Shown: positions 1 through 8,206 of the stretch, piece by piece
How positions within the stretch are numbered: position 1 is the first letter of the stretch
Layout of the letters: every line of letters begins with the position of its first letter
IMG/VR virus record: IMGVR_UViG_3300020312_000001
Length of the DNA: 20,000 nt
Strand: one strand, 5' to 3'
Source of the DNA: an uncultured virus (IMG/VR IMGVR_UViG_3300020312_000001)
Taxonomy: Duplodnaviria > Heunggongvirae > Uroviricota > Caudoviricetes > Crassvirales
The notes under the pieces: model-generated
What the model was told of the DNA's origin: nothing
The model's database searches: none
The model's input: only the letters and a program-made list of their open reading frames with translations
Position numbers and translations under genes: made by a program

Positions 1-1
1 T

Positions 2-2917
2 CGTTTAGTTAGACAGTTAAATAGTAAGTTAGCGTCTGATAGTAAGTCTATGGATAAATCTGAAGGTATGTCCGTATTTGACTTTGATGAAACATTGATA
101 ATAGATGGTAAAAACGTAGTGGTAGCAACAAACCCTAAAACAAAAGAAACAGAAGTAATAAGCTCTGAAGATTGGCCAACAAGAGGAACAGAATTAATGG
201 AGTTGGGTTGGAGCATGAACTTTGATGATTTTATAAACGTAAGAGGCGGTGTTAAAGGACCATTGTTTAAAAAACTTTTAAATAGAATAAAAAAATATGG
301 ACCTGATAATAATTTTATATTAACAGCTAGACCTCAAGAATCTGCTGTAGCTATTCACGGCTGGTTAAAATCTAAAGGAGTTAACATACCTTTAAACAAT
401 ATAACTGGATTAGGTAATAGTACTGGTGACGCTAAAGCTCAGTGGATATTAAATAAGTATAAAGAAGGTTATAACGATGTTTATTTTGTAGATGATGCAA
501 TGCAGAACGTTGATGCTGTTAAGCACGTTATGGATCAGTTAGACATAAAAGGTAGTTCTGTCCAAGCTAAAGTAGATTTTAATAAAAATGTAGACGCTGA
601 GTTTAATCAAATACTAGCAGATACTAGTAAGATGGATCCTTTAAAAAGAGTTACAGCTCAAGAAGCTGCTATGCTAGGTAAGAAAAAGGGTGGTTCACTT
701 TTAAAGAACTTTTTTATTCCACCATCCGCTGAAGATTTCAAAGGTTTACTTTATAGGTTTTTAGCTAAAGGAAAAAAGGGAGACCAACATATGGAATTTT
801 TTAAGAAAAATTTACTAGACCCTTACTCTAAAGCATATACCAATTGGAACTCATATAAACAAAACATGTCCAACGAATATAGTACTTTGAAGAAGAGTTT
901 TCCTAATGTAGTTAAGTCAATGAAGGATATTGTTCCGGGTACAAACCTAACTAATGACCACGCTATTAGAGCTTATCTATGGAACAAAGGTGGTTTAGAA
1001 GTACCTGGTTTATCTGATGCTCAAAAGCAAGTTTTAGTAGATCATGTTAGTAACAATCCTGAACTCTCTGGTTTTGCTGATAACCTAAGTAAAATAACTA
1101 GATTAGAAGAAGGATATATAAGACCAGATGAAAATTGGACCGTTAAAAATATTGCACGTGACTTAAACGATATAGTTAAAAACGTTGGTAGAAAACAATT
1201 TTTTGAAGAATGGAAAAACAATAAAGATCAAATATTTTCAAAAGAAAATTTAAATAAAATAGAAGCTATACATGGAACAAACTTCAGGCAAGAGTTGGAG
1301 AAAATGTTGTATAGAATGGAGACAGGTAGTAATAGGGTTACGGGTAAAAATAGACACGTTAATCGTTTTATGGACTGGATAAACGGTTCTGTTGGCGCAG
1401 TGATGTTTTTTAATATGAGATCAGCGAGTCTTCAAACTATATCTATGGCTAATTTTATTAACTGGAAAGATAACAATATATTTGCTGCGTCAAAAGCTTT
1501 TGCTAATCAACCACAATTTTGGAAAGACTTTGCTATGATATTCAACTCTCCAATGTTAAAACAAAGAAGAGCTGGTATGCAAATAGATGTTAACGCTAAT
1601 GAATTAATGGAGGCTTTTTCTGAAGGCAAAAGTAAACCAGAGGCTGTTATAAAATGGATGTTAGAAAAAGGATTCTTACCAACTCAAATGGCTGATAGTT
1701 TTGCTATTGCAATGGGTGGTGCTCCATTTTATAGAAATAGACTAGATAAGTATATAAAGGAGGGTAAACACCCCGAGCAAGCAGCTCAAGATGCTTGGAG
1801 TGATTTTCAAGAAATTGCTGAGGAAACACAGCAGTCGTCTAGACCTGATTTAATATCTAATCAACAAGCTGGACCATTAGGTAGATTAATACTAGCTTGG
1901 CAAAATACTCCAATGCAGATGACTAGATTAACTAAGAAAGCTATATCAGACTTAGTTAATGGTAGAGGTGATCCAAAACAACATATATCAAGAATAATGT
2001 ACTATGGTCTTATTCAGAACTTAATATTTGGAACACTACAAACAGGATTAGGATTCTTACTATTTGGTGATGATGAGGAAGATGAGAAAAGAAAGAAGAT
2101 GTCAACTGAAAGAGTTTTAAACGGAGCTTTAGATACTCTACTTAGAGGTACTGGTGTTTATGGAGCAGCTATATCTACAGTTAAAAATACTATAATGGAG
2201 TTTTATGAGCAAAGAAGAAAAGGTTGGGGAGCTGATCACGGTTACACTGTTATAGAAGCTATAAATTTATCACCACCTATTGGTAGTAAACTGCGTAAAG
2301 TTTACAAAGCTATACAAGCTGACAAATGGAATAGAGGGGTTGGTAAGAAATTAGGTTTTAGAGTTGAAAGTCCAGGTGCTGTTATTGCTGCAAATATTAT
2401 AGAAGCATTAACAAATGCACCTGTTGCTAGATTACTTAACAAAGCTAATCACATAGAAGAAGCTTTAACTGGTAACCATGAGATGTGGCAGAGAATGGCT
2501 TTACTAGGTGGATGGGACATGTGGTCTGTTGGAGTTAAAGACGAAGAGGTAGAGCAAGCTAAAGCAGATATAAAGCGAGAAAAGAAAGAACAAAAAGAAC
2601 TTGAAAAAATACAGAAGAAAAAAGAAAAAGAAGAACAAAAGAAAATAGAAGAACAGAAAGAGAAAGAAAGAAAAGAAAAAGAGGGTATAAAAACAGTTCG
2701 GTGTTCTGGTACAAATTCCAGCGGCAGAAGATGTGGTTTAACAACTGAAACAAAAAAGAAAACCTGGAAATGTCCTCACCACGCTGAGTTTAAAGATGGT
2801 AGTGATACAGATGGGGACGGTATAAAAGAATATAGATGTACAGCTGTGAAATCAAACGGTAAGCGCTGTAAGAACAAAACTGAGAATAAGAACAAGAAAT
2901 GTTATGCTCACCAATAA
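2..2917 (+). CDS. Very large phage protein, 5'-truncated by the window. HAD-superfamily domain, long helical region, Lys/Glu coiled coil and two C-terminal C-x9-C-x10-12-C-x2-H repeats; probable virion/ejected polyvalent protein
   Basis: The frame is open from base 2 to the ATG at 50, so the gene starts upstream. HAD motifs: VFDFDETL (I), ILTAR (II), K in GDAKA (III), YFVDD (IV). C-terminal CSGTNSSGRRC...CPHH and CTAVKSNGKRC...CYAH. Confidence 0.75.
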   Translation, partial: RLVRQLNSKLASDSKSMDKSEGMSVFDFDETLIIDGKNVVVATNPKTKETEVISSEDWPTRGTELMELGWSMNFDDFINVRGGVKGPLFKKLLNRIKKYGPDNNFILTARPQESAVAIHGWLKSKGVNIPLNNITGLGNSTGDAKAQWILNKYKEGYNDVYFVDDAMQNVDAVKHVMDQLDIKGSSVQAKVDFNKNVDAEFNQILADTSKMDPLKRVTAQEAAMLGKKKGGSLLKNFFIPPSAEDFKGLLYRFLAKGKKGDQHMEFFKKNLLDPYSKAYTNWNSYKQNMSNEYSTLKKSFPNVVKSMKDIVPGTNLTNDHAIRAYLWNKGGLEVPGLSDAQKQVLVDHVSNNPELSGFADNLSKITRLEEGYIRPDENWTVKNIARDLNDIVKNVGRKQFFEEWKNNKDQIFSKENLNKIEAIHGTNFRQELEKMLYRMETGSNRVTGKNRHVNRFMDWINGSVGAVMFFNMRSASLQTISMANFINWKDNNIFAASKAFANQPQFWKDFAMIFNSPMLKQRRAGMQIDVNANELMEAFSEGKSKPEAVIKWMLEKGFLPTQMADSFAIAMGGAPFYRNRLDKYIKEGKHPEQAAQDAWSDFQEIAEETQQSSRPDLISNQQAGPLGRLILAWQNTPMQMTRLTKKAISDLVNGRGDPKQHISRIMYYGLIQNLIFGTLQTGLGFLLFGDDEEDEKRKKMSTERVLNGALDTLLRGTGVYGAAISTVKNTIMEFYEQRRKGWGADHGYTVIEAINLSPPIGSKLRKVYKAIQADKWNRGVGKKLGFRVESPGAVIAANIIEALTNAPVARLLNKANHIEEALTGNHEMWQRMALLGGWDMWSVGVKDEEVEQAKADIKREKKEQKELEKIQKKKEKEEQKKIEEQKEKERKEKEGIKTVRCSGTNSSGRRCGLTTETKKKTWKCPHHAEFKDGSDTDGDGIKEYRCTAVKSNGKRCKNKTENKNKKCYAHQ

Positions 2918-2920
2918 ACG

Positions 2921-2932
2921 TGTAATAATATA
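2921..2932 (+). promoter_or_regulatory. Candidate phage promoter element TGTAATAATATA
   Basis: Intergenic, just before the ATG at 2936; 11/12 match to the minus-strand motif at 17885-17896. Confidence 0.45.
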
Positions 2933-2935
2933 ATT

Positions 2936-3076
2936 ATGGCTTATAGTGATAAACATAAGGAGAAGAGAAGTAAACTTGAAGATCAAGTAAGAAAGTATAA
3001 TGATATACAGTACTTCTATAAGGGTACCAAGCAGAGTGGCAAGCTACCTATTTTAGATCAAAAAAGAATAACATAA
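2936..3076 (+). CDS. Small basic hypothetical protein (~46 aa, MAYSDKHKEKRSKLEDQVRKY...)
   Basis: Translated by hand, below the ORF-track cutoff. Fills the gap after the motif. The end coordinate depends on reading the A-run at ~3060 correctly. Confidence 0.45.
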   Translation: MAYSDKHKEKRSKLEDQVRKYNDIQYFYKGTKQSGKLPILDQKRIT

Positions 3077-3086
3077 AAAGTAAAAT

Positions 3087-3266
3087 ATGATAAATTGGAT
3101 TAACTCCTGGAAAGCAGGTAATAAAAAAGATAGATACGAATTAGCATTAAGAATAAGTACATTAACTGTATTTGAATTAATGTTTTGCCCTTGCTGGGTT
3201 TGTGAAAATAAAGGTAAGTGTGCTAGGTTTAGACTGATGATTTTAAACTTTGGATTTGAAATATAA
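3087..3266 (+). CDS. Hypothetical 59-aa protein with CPCWVC...C cluster (MINWINSWKAGNKK...NFGFEI)
   Basis: Translated by hand; AT-rich upstream region; the stop overlaps the next ATG (TAATG). Confidence 0.6.
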   Translation: MINWINSWKAGNKKDRYELALRISTLTVFELMFCPCWVCENKGKCARFRLMILNFGFEI

Positions 3267-3334
3267 TGTGTCCTTGTCCAATATGTATAACAGCTATAGT
3301 TCTTGCAGCATGTAGTTATAAATTATTAAAATGA
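3266..3334 (+). CDS. Putative 22-aa Cys-rich hydrophobic micropeptide MCPCPICITAIVLAACSYKLLK
   Basis: TAATG overlap with the upstream ORF and ATGA overlap with the downstream gene at 3331 suggest translational coupling. Confidence 0.45.
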   Translation: MCPCPICITAIVLAACSYKLLK

Positions 3335-4047
3335 AATGGATAGGTGCTCACATATGGGATTGGGTTTCTAGATTTCGTAACGACGTTTATTTAGAGGATG
3401 TTACTGAATCTACACAGTCTCATATTGTTGGTATAGATTCTGACGGAAAACTATATAAACAAGATCCACCAACAGTACCAGCTACAACAAAGTATGTACA
3501 TCTACCTCCAGTGAGTTATATGTATTACTTATGGTATATTAATTACTACGATCGGTATTACTCGCCTAGTGGATACGCTCAACAATTAGCTAATGCTGGT
3601 ACTGCTATAACAGCTAATATAACTACCTCTAACCAAGCTCAACACGCGGGTTATGTAGCTCCAAGAGCATGTAAGTTGAAGTCTATATCTGCTACTTTTT
3701 ATATGTGGTCAAATTATTTTGGAAGTACAGGTGGTCACACTAATATACCCTTAGAATTTGAAATAATAAAATGGACACCTGGAGATGGCTCAACTAGTAG
3801 TGTAACACCCGCTGTAATGACCGCAACAGATCATGATGGGAATTATCTTGAGTTTAGAATTTATAATAAGAAGTGGGTTGTAACAGATGATGCAAATTCA
3901 ACATTAGCCGCTGGTGATGCATTTAATATATTCTGTAAATGCACGACTCAAGGTATTGTTCAAACTGGAGGTAGTGCGGGTGATACCACCAACACTACAC
4001 AGATCTTGATGAGAGGTGAAATGACATATGAAATAGAACTTACGTAA
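3331..4047 (+). CDS. Putative virion structural/tail-associated protein
   Basis: 238 aa, Thr/Gly/Ser/Tyr-rich with beta-strand character, in the + strand arm. Confidence 0.5.
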   Translation: MKWIGAHIWDWVSRFRNDVYLEDVTESTQSHIVGIDSDGKLYKQDPPTVPATTKYVHLPPVSYMYYLWYINYYDRYYSPSGYAQQLANAGTAITANITTSNQAQHAGYVAPRACKLKSISATFYMWSNYFGSTGGHTNIPLEFEIIKWTPGDGSTSSVTPAVMTATDHDGNYLEFRIYNKKWVVTDDANSTLAAGDAFNIFCKCTTQGIVQTGGSAGDTTNTTQILMRGEMTYEIELT

Positions 4048-4048
4048 C

Positions 4049-4645
4049 ATGGCTTTAACAGATAAAAAATACGAAACAATACATGACAAGACTGGTAACG
4101 ATAAGAATAAAATAAAGGAGGTTCACGATGATAAGTCTTTAGATGTGATAGCTAGCTTTCCTGAAAATAGTGATCCATTTATAACATCGTTAGTTCATCA
4201 AATATCCTTGATGCAGGAAGAATTAGATTATCTCAGAACAGAGATATCAGCTAATAAAGATAAAACTGGGATATCAACTAGTCAAGCAAGTGCTATTACA
4301 GCTAATACAGCTAAGACAGGTATAACAACCCAGCAGGCTACTGACATAACAGATAATAAAAACGAGGCTAAAAGGCTTGATGGTCTTGTTACAACTAACG
4401 CCACTAATATAACAGTTAATGCTAGGAGTATAGGAATAAATAATGCAGCCGCAATAAATGTGGGTGCTTATCCATCAAATACCTTTATGCCAGCAGGTAC
4501 TACTCAGAGTCACGGGTCTGAAATAGTTTATGACACTAAGCAAAAAAAGTATTTTCTAAATATTTATTACATAGAAGATACACCGGCTAAGGGTGGTAAG
4601 AAGGGTCAAAGAATAATAAGAGCAGGACAAATAGAATTAAAATAA
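4049..4645 (+). CDS. Putative fibre-like structural protein with coiled coil and 17-aa repeats
   Basis: Coiled coil LMQEELDYLRTEI followed by KTGISTSQASAITANTA / KTGITTQQATDITDNKN. Confidence 0.5.
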   Translation: MALTDKKYETIHDKTGNDKNKIKEVHDDKSLDVIASFPENSDPFITSLVHQISLMQEELDYLRTEISANKDKTGISTSQASAITANTAKTGITTQQATDITDNKNEAKRLDGLVTTNATNITVNARSIGINNAAAINVGAYPSNTFMPAGTTQSHGSEIVYDTKQKKYFLNIYYIEDTPAKGGKKGQRIIRAGQIELK

Positions 4646-4646
4646 T

Positions 4647-4964
4647 ATGTCAATACATAAAGTAATATCAAATACGGTAGCACAAACACTGGTAGAAAAA
4701 AATACAGCAGTTTTTTTTAAAGGCAGAATTGGTGGTGTTAATAAAATAACAATGACAAACGTTCACGCTAGCGCAGAACCAGTTATGCATTTATTTATAC
4801 AAAACCCAGATGTTAGTCCTGTTGAGACGTACACGATAGCTAAAACAAAAATACCTGTGAACACAACTTTAGTTTTAAGTGATAATGTTAGTTTTGATGG
4901 TACCAAGTATAGTTTAAAAGTTCAAGCAGATGGCACAGTTGATTGCCATGTAATAGTAAAATAA
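4647..4964 (+). CDS. Hypothetical beta-rich protein, possibly structural
   Basis: 105-aa ORF tightly packed in the operon; the stop overlaps the next start (TAATG). Confidence 0.6.
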   Translation: MSIHKVISNTVAQTLVEKNTAVFFKGRIGGVNKITMTNVHASAEPVMHLFIQNPDVSPVETYTIAKTKIPVNTTLVLSDNVSFDGTKYSLKVQADGTVDCHVIVK

Positions 4965-5461
4965 TGAAATTAGAGGTAATTAGAATAAGTAGTGGGTCTG
5001 ATAGTACGAATGGTGTATTATTAGAACTAGATAGATTAGCTTCAAATCCTCACGGAGAAGGATTTAGATGTAAAAGAGAGTTTTTAGCTTACACGCTAGA
5101 AGACGAGCAAAGAGATGAAAAAGTATATGGAGAAACAAGAATACCAAATGGAACTTACAAGTTGGCTCTCAGAAAAACCGGAGGGTATCATCAAAAGTAT
5201 AGTAAGCGTTTTCCAGACATTCATATTGGGATGCTTCACGTTACTAATGTGCCTGGTTTTGAGTATATTCTTATACATTGCGGTAATACCGATGAGCATA
5301 CAGCTGGTTGTCTCCTCGTTGGCGACTCCCAAGAAAACAACCAAATCACGAAGGACGGTTTTATAGGAAAATCGACTCAAGCATATAAAAGAATTTATCC
5401 ACGAATAGCAGAAGCTATTGAATGTGGGGAAGAAGTAACAATAACATATAAGACAATTTAA
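4964..5461 (+). CDS. DUF5675-family protein (L,D-transpeptidase-like H...GC motif; candidate peptidoglycan-active enzyme)
   Basis: YTLED, ETRIPNGTY, VPGFEYILIHCGNTDEHTAGCLLVG. Start placed at ATG 4964 (TAATG overlap) rather than 4943. Confidence 0.8.
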   Translation: MKLEVIRISSGSDSTNGVLLELDRLASNPHGEGFRCKREFLAYTLEDEQRDEKVYGETRIPNGTYKLALRKTGGYHQKYSKRFPDIHIGMLHVTNVPGFEYILIHCGNTDEHTAGCLLVGDSQENNQITKDGFIGKSTQAYKRIYPRIAEAIECGEEVTITYKTI

Positions 5462-5463
5462 TT

Positions 5464-5871
5464 ATGGCAGGATTTAAACTACCAAAAGATCTAGAGGTAA
5501 TAGCAAACGAACACGGCTTAAGCAAAGGTGAGGTTGAACAGTTTGCAAATAAACACAATGTAACTGGTTTAACCAGAGGTGGAGGCGCCCCAACAAAAGC
5601 TTCTAGCCCTGATGATATGATGGCACAAGCTTACGCTAGTAACACAGCTGTTACATCAGATAGAAGATTTTATGCTGATAAAAAAGACGCAGCGGCTGAT
5701 AGGAAGGAAAGAAAAATACATGGCGAAGGGGGTTTGATGGACAAGCTTCATGCAGCAGAACCAGGATCTGGTAGAGCTAAGAGATTAGAAAATAGAATAG
5801 CTAGAAAACAAGGTGCTATTGATAGAAAAAGAAAAAAAGCAAAAAACATAAGAACAGGACCACATTATTAA
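5464..5871 (+). CDS. Basic hypothetical protein (MAGFKLPK...)
   Basis: 135-aa ORF with a Lys/Arg-rich C-terminus, in operon. Confidence 0.65.
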   Translation: MAGFKLPKDLEVIANEHGLSKGEVEQFANKHNVTGLTRGGGAPTKASSPDDMMAQAYASNTAVTSDRRFYADKKDAAADRKERKIHGEGGLMDKLHAAEPGSGRAKRLENRIARKQGAIDRKRKKAKNIRTGPHY

Positions 5872-5889
5872 AAATTAAAAAAATAAGAT

Positions 5890-6081
5890 ATGTATAGAAA
5901 ACAAATGACTCCAGGCATGGCAGCATGCAAGAAGAAATATGGTGGCAAGAAAGATAGCCCATATGACTATTCTTTAGAAATGGGAGCTGGACAATCAGTA
6001 GAAAAAGTACAGCAACCAGGACAAGACTTAGCTTTCGGCTTAACTGAAGCTGGTAAGAAGCTGAAGGAATACGGTATGTAA
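5890..6081 (+). CDS. Small hypothetical protein
   Basis: 63-aa ORF with an A-rich upstream region, in operon. Confidence 0.6.
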   Translation: MYRKQMTPGMAACKKKYGGKKDSPYDYSLEMGAGQSVEKVQQPGQDLAFGLTEAGKKLKEYGM

Positions 6082-6085
6082 TAAA

Positions 6086-7141
6086 ATGAAAAATATATTT
6101 ATATTACTGCTTTTATCTATCAGTGTTATAGGTAATGCACAAATAAAAGACTTTTTTAAATACTCAACGTTTTATACTTCAATGACAATGGGTACGTCTT
6201 TTATAGAAGATGAAGATTATATTGCTGTAAATAAAGGATACGAAGACGTTACTGAAGTTAATCCTTATGATTATAATTTAACGATCGGGTTGAGGAAAAT
6301 CGCCCGTATGGATTATGAGTATAAGGTTAAGACGTGGTATTACGGAACTGAAGATGGAGTAAGTGATAACGTAACAATAGGTAACGCTATTGGTTGGGAG
6401 TATTTACTTAACTATTCTTTTATTAGAGAGCGTGGAGAAAAATTTAATAATCAAAATTTTTGGTTAAGATACTTGGGTAATAGTTGTGTTACTAAATTGC
6501 AATATACAGATAACCAAAGGGTTGATTTAAGATTTGGATCTTTTGATACTAGGTTTAGGTTAACTAAGGGCAATTGGGACTTCACTTTAGGGGCTGTAGC
6601 TAGAATACATCCCGTATATGGTGTAACACCAATAGATGATTTTTGGGTACCAGGAGAAAACACGTTTCAAGATTTAGCTGAAGACTTTGGGTATGCAGCG
6701 CAACCTTGGATTCAAGGATTTTATATCGACCAGAATTGGTACGATGTTAGTGGTGGAGATTCCGTACTTATCGCTACCTCAAACGACGAGTTTTTCCACC
6801 ACTATTTCGGAGACGCAGTTGCTAGATTTAATGAGCGTGAACTTGAGAAATTAGGTTTACAAAAAGAACTAAGCGCTGTTGTCGGTGTGGCCTACTATAA
6901 GTACACACCTAAATTATGGCTACATATTTGGGCTAACTGCTTACCTTTACATTATGGTTTAGATGAGTATTCATTTGAATATGGAGAGGAAAAATACGAT
7001 AATATAGAGTGGGATGCTGGTATTGTATTTGGCTCAAGGATTACTAAGTCACTTGGGATGTTTATTGAGGGAACTCATATGAAGTACTGGGACAAACCAG
7101 TATATGAAGTGAAGTTTGGTTTTAACTATTTAATATTTTAA
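6086..7141 (+). CDS. Exported protein, probable outer-membrane beta-barrel
   Basis: Sec signal MKNIFILLLLSISVIGNA|Q; many aromatic-rich alternating strands; C-terminal strand YEVKFGFNYLIF ending in Phe (BAM beta-signal-like). Confidence 0.7.
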   Translation: MKNIFILLLLSISVIGNAQIKDFFKYSTFYTSMTMGTSFIEDEDYIAVNKGYEDVTEVNPYDYNLTIGLRKIARMDYEYKVKTWYYGTEDGVSDNVTIGNAIGWEYLLNYSFIRERGEKFNNQNFWLRYLGNSCVTKLQYTDNQRVDLRFGSFDTRFRLTKGNWDFTLGAVARIHPVYGVTPIDDFWVPGENTFQDLAEDFGYAAQPWIQGFYIDQNWYDVSGGDSVLIATSNDEFFHHYFGDAVARFNERELEKLGLQKELSAVVGVAYYKYTPKLWLHIWANCLPLHYGLDEYSFEYGEEKYDNIEWDAGIVFGSRITKSLGMFIEGTHMKYWDKPVYEVKFGFNYLIF

Positions 7142-7143
7142 TT

Positions 7144-7524
7144 ATGCCGTTTAAAATGAGAGGCTTTACGCCATATAAATTAACAGACGAAGATGAGAAT
7201 ACATCTGGAATACAAGTAGACTCTAAAGACAAAGATAAAGAGTTTACAAAAGAAAACTTACCTTATTATGATGAAGTATCTGCCGTTCAAGTGGGTGATG
7301 ATGGAGGTAAGTTTGTTCACACTATAACAGATGATGAATATTACGACCCCAATGAACCTAATTTTGTGGGCGATTTTCAACCAGGTATAAAAAGAGATAC
7401 TATACATGTTCAAGAAAGATACCCTGAGGGCCATTTAATAGATGAAACGGAATGGGAAGAAGGCGAAGCTTTAAAGAACGCTGAAATAGAAGATAAAGAG
7501 TTTAGAGATAAAATAAAAGAATAA
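7144..7524 (+). CDS. Acidic hypothetical protein with MPFKMRGFTPYK N-terminal motif
   Basis: 126 aa, D/E-rich; N-terminus resembles that of 8207..8737. Confidence 0.65.
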   Translation: MPFKMRGFTPYKLTDEDENTSGIQVDSKDKDKEFTKENLPYYDEVSAVQVGDDGGKFVHTITDDEYYDPNEPNFVGDFQPGIKRDTIHVQERYPEGHLIDETEWEEGEALKNAEIEDKEFRDKIKE

Positions 7525-8204
7525 TGAAAAAATATATTATAATACTATTTGCGTTTATTGGCTCGTTCGTTAATGCGCAAGGATACGACTTTCAACAGTT
7601 ATGTTTAAACTGTGCAGAACAAAATGGTTTTTATTGTGGAGATGATCCAGCAAACTGGACGCAGTATTCACCAGAGGGGTGTGTGCCAAATGGTGCTGGT
7701 GGATTAGAATACTTAAATGATGGATGGGAAGATTGCGTAGATGGCTCAGATGAGAATGGAGCTGTACCAACCACAGCTGCGGATTGCGGTCCAGTTGGTC
7801 CTGGTCCCTGTGATACTGTTTTTGTTGAGATACCAATTATACAATATGAATATATATTTGACACAATCGTTGAATATGAGACCGTTGTTGAATACGACAC
7901 AATCGTTGAGACTGAATACGTATATAACGTTGATACGGTTTATGCTGACGTCTTAGATACAATGTTTATTGATGTTATTGAGTATGTTGAGATATTCGTT
8001 GTAGACACTGTAATAGAAATACAATATGAAGAAATTGTAGAATATATCGATTGTGATTCAGGTTTACCTTGTAATTCAAGCATTATGGAAATAGTGGATA
8101 AATCAAAACAAAACTCTGTAATATATAATATTAAAGGGCAAGCAATTTTAACAAGAGAAGGATTGTACATAGAGAACGGAAAAATTTATTATAAAACTAA
8201 ATAG
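7524..8204 (+). CDS. Exported protein with LDL-receptor class A-like module, DT-V/I repeats and T9SS CTD-like C-terminus
   Basis: Signal MKKYIIILFAFIGSFVNA|Q; FYC...GCVP...DGWEDCVDGSDE; repeated DTV/DTI; C-terminal VIYNIKGQ...GLYIENGKIYYK. Confidence 0.7.
   Translation: MKKYIIILFAFIGSFVNAQGYDFQQLCLNCAEQNGFYCGDDPANWTQYSPEGCVPNGAGGLEYLNDGWEDCVDGSDENGAVPTTAADCGPVGPGPCDTVFVEIPIIQYEYIFDTIVEYETVVEYDTIVETEYVYNVDTVYADVLDTMFIDVIEYVEIFVVDTVIEIQYEEIVEYIDCDSGLPCNSSIMEIVDKSKQNSVIYNIKGQAILTREGLYIENGKIYYKTK
7860..7909 (+). repeat. Direct repeat GACACAATCGTTGA (7860-7873, 7896-7909) within an 18-nt periodic coding repeat
   Basis: Encodes DTIVEY/ETVVEY/DTIVET. Confidence 0.8.
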
Positions 8205-8206
8205 TT

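Noticed and set aside
2559..2753. Minus-strand hydrophobic 64-aa ORF
   Set aside because: Antisense shadow of the A/G-rich Lys/Glu coiled-coil coding region.
7860..7920. Short direct repeats as a possible CRISPR or regulatory array
   Set aside because: They are in-frame 18-nt coding repeats explained by the DT-V/I peptide repeat.
3904..8170. Antisense or alternate-frame ORFs (3904, 5096, 5115, 6451, 7570, 7631, 7741, 7940)
   Set aside because: They overlap well-supported + strand genes and show no recognisable motifs.
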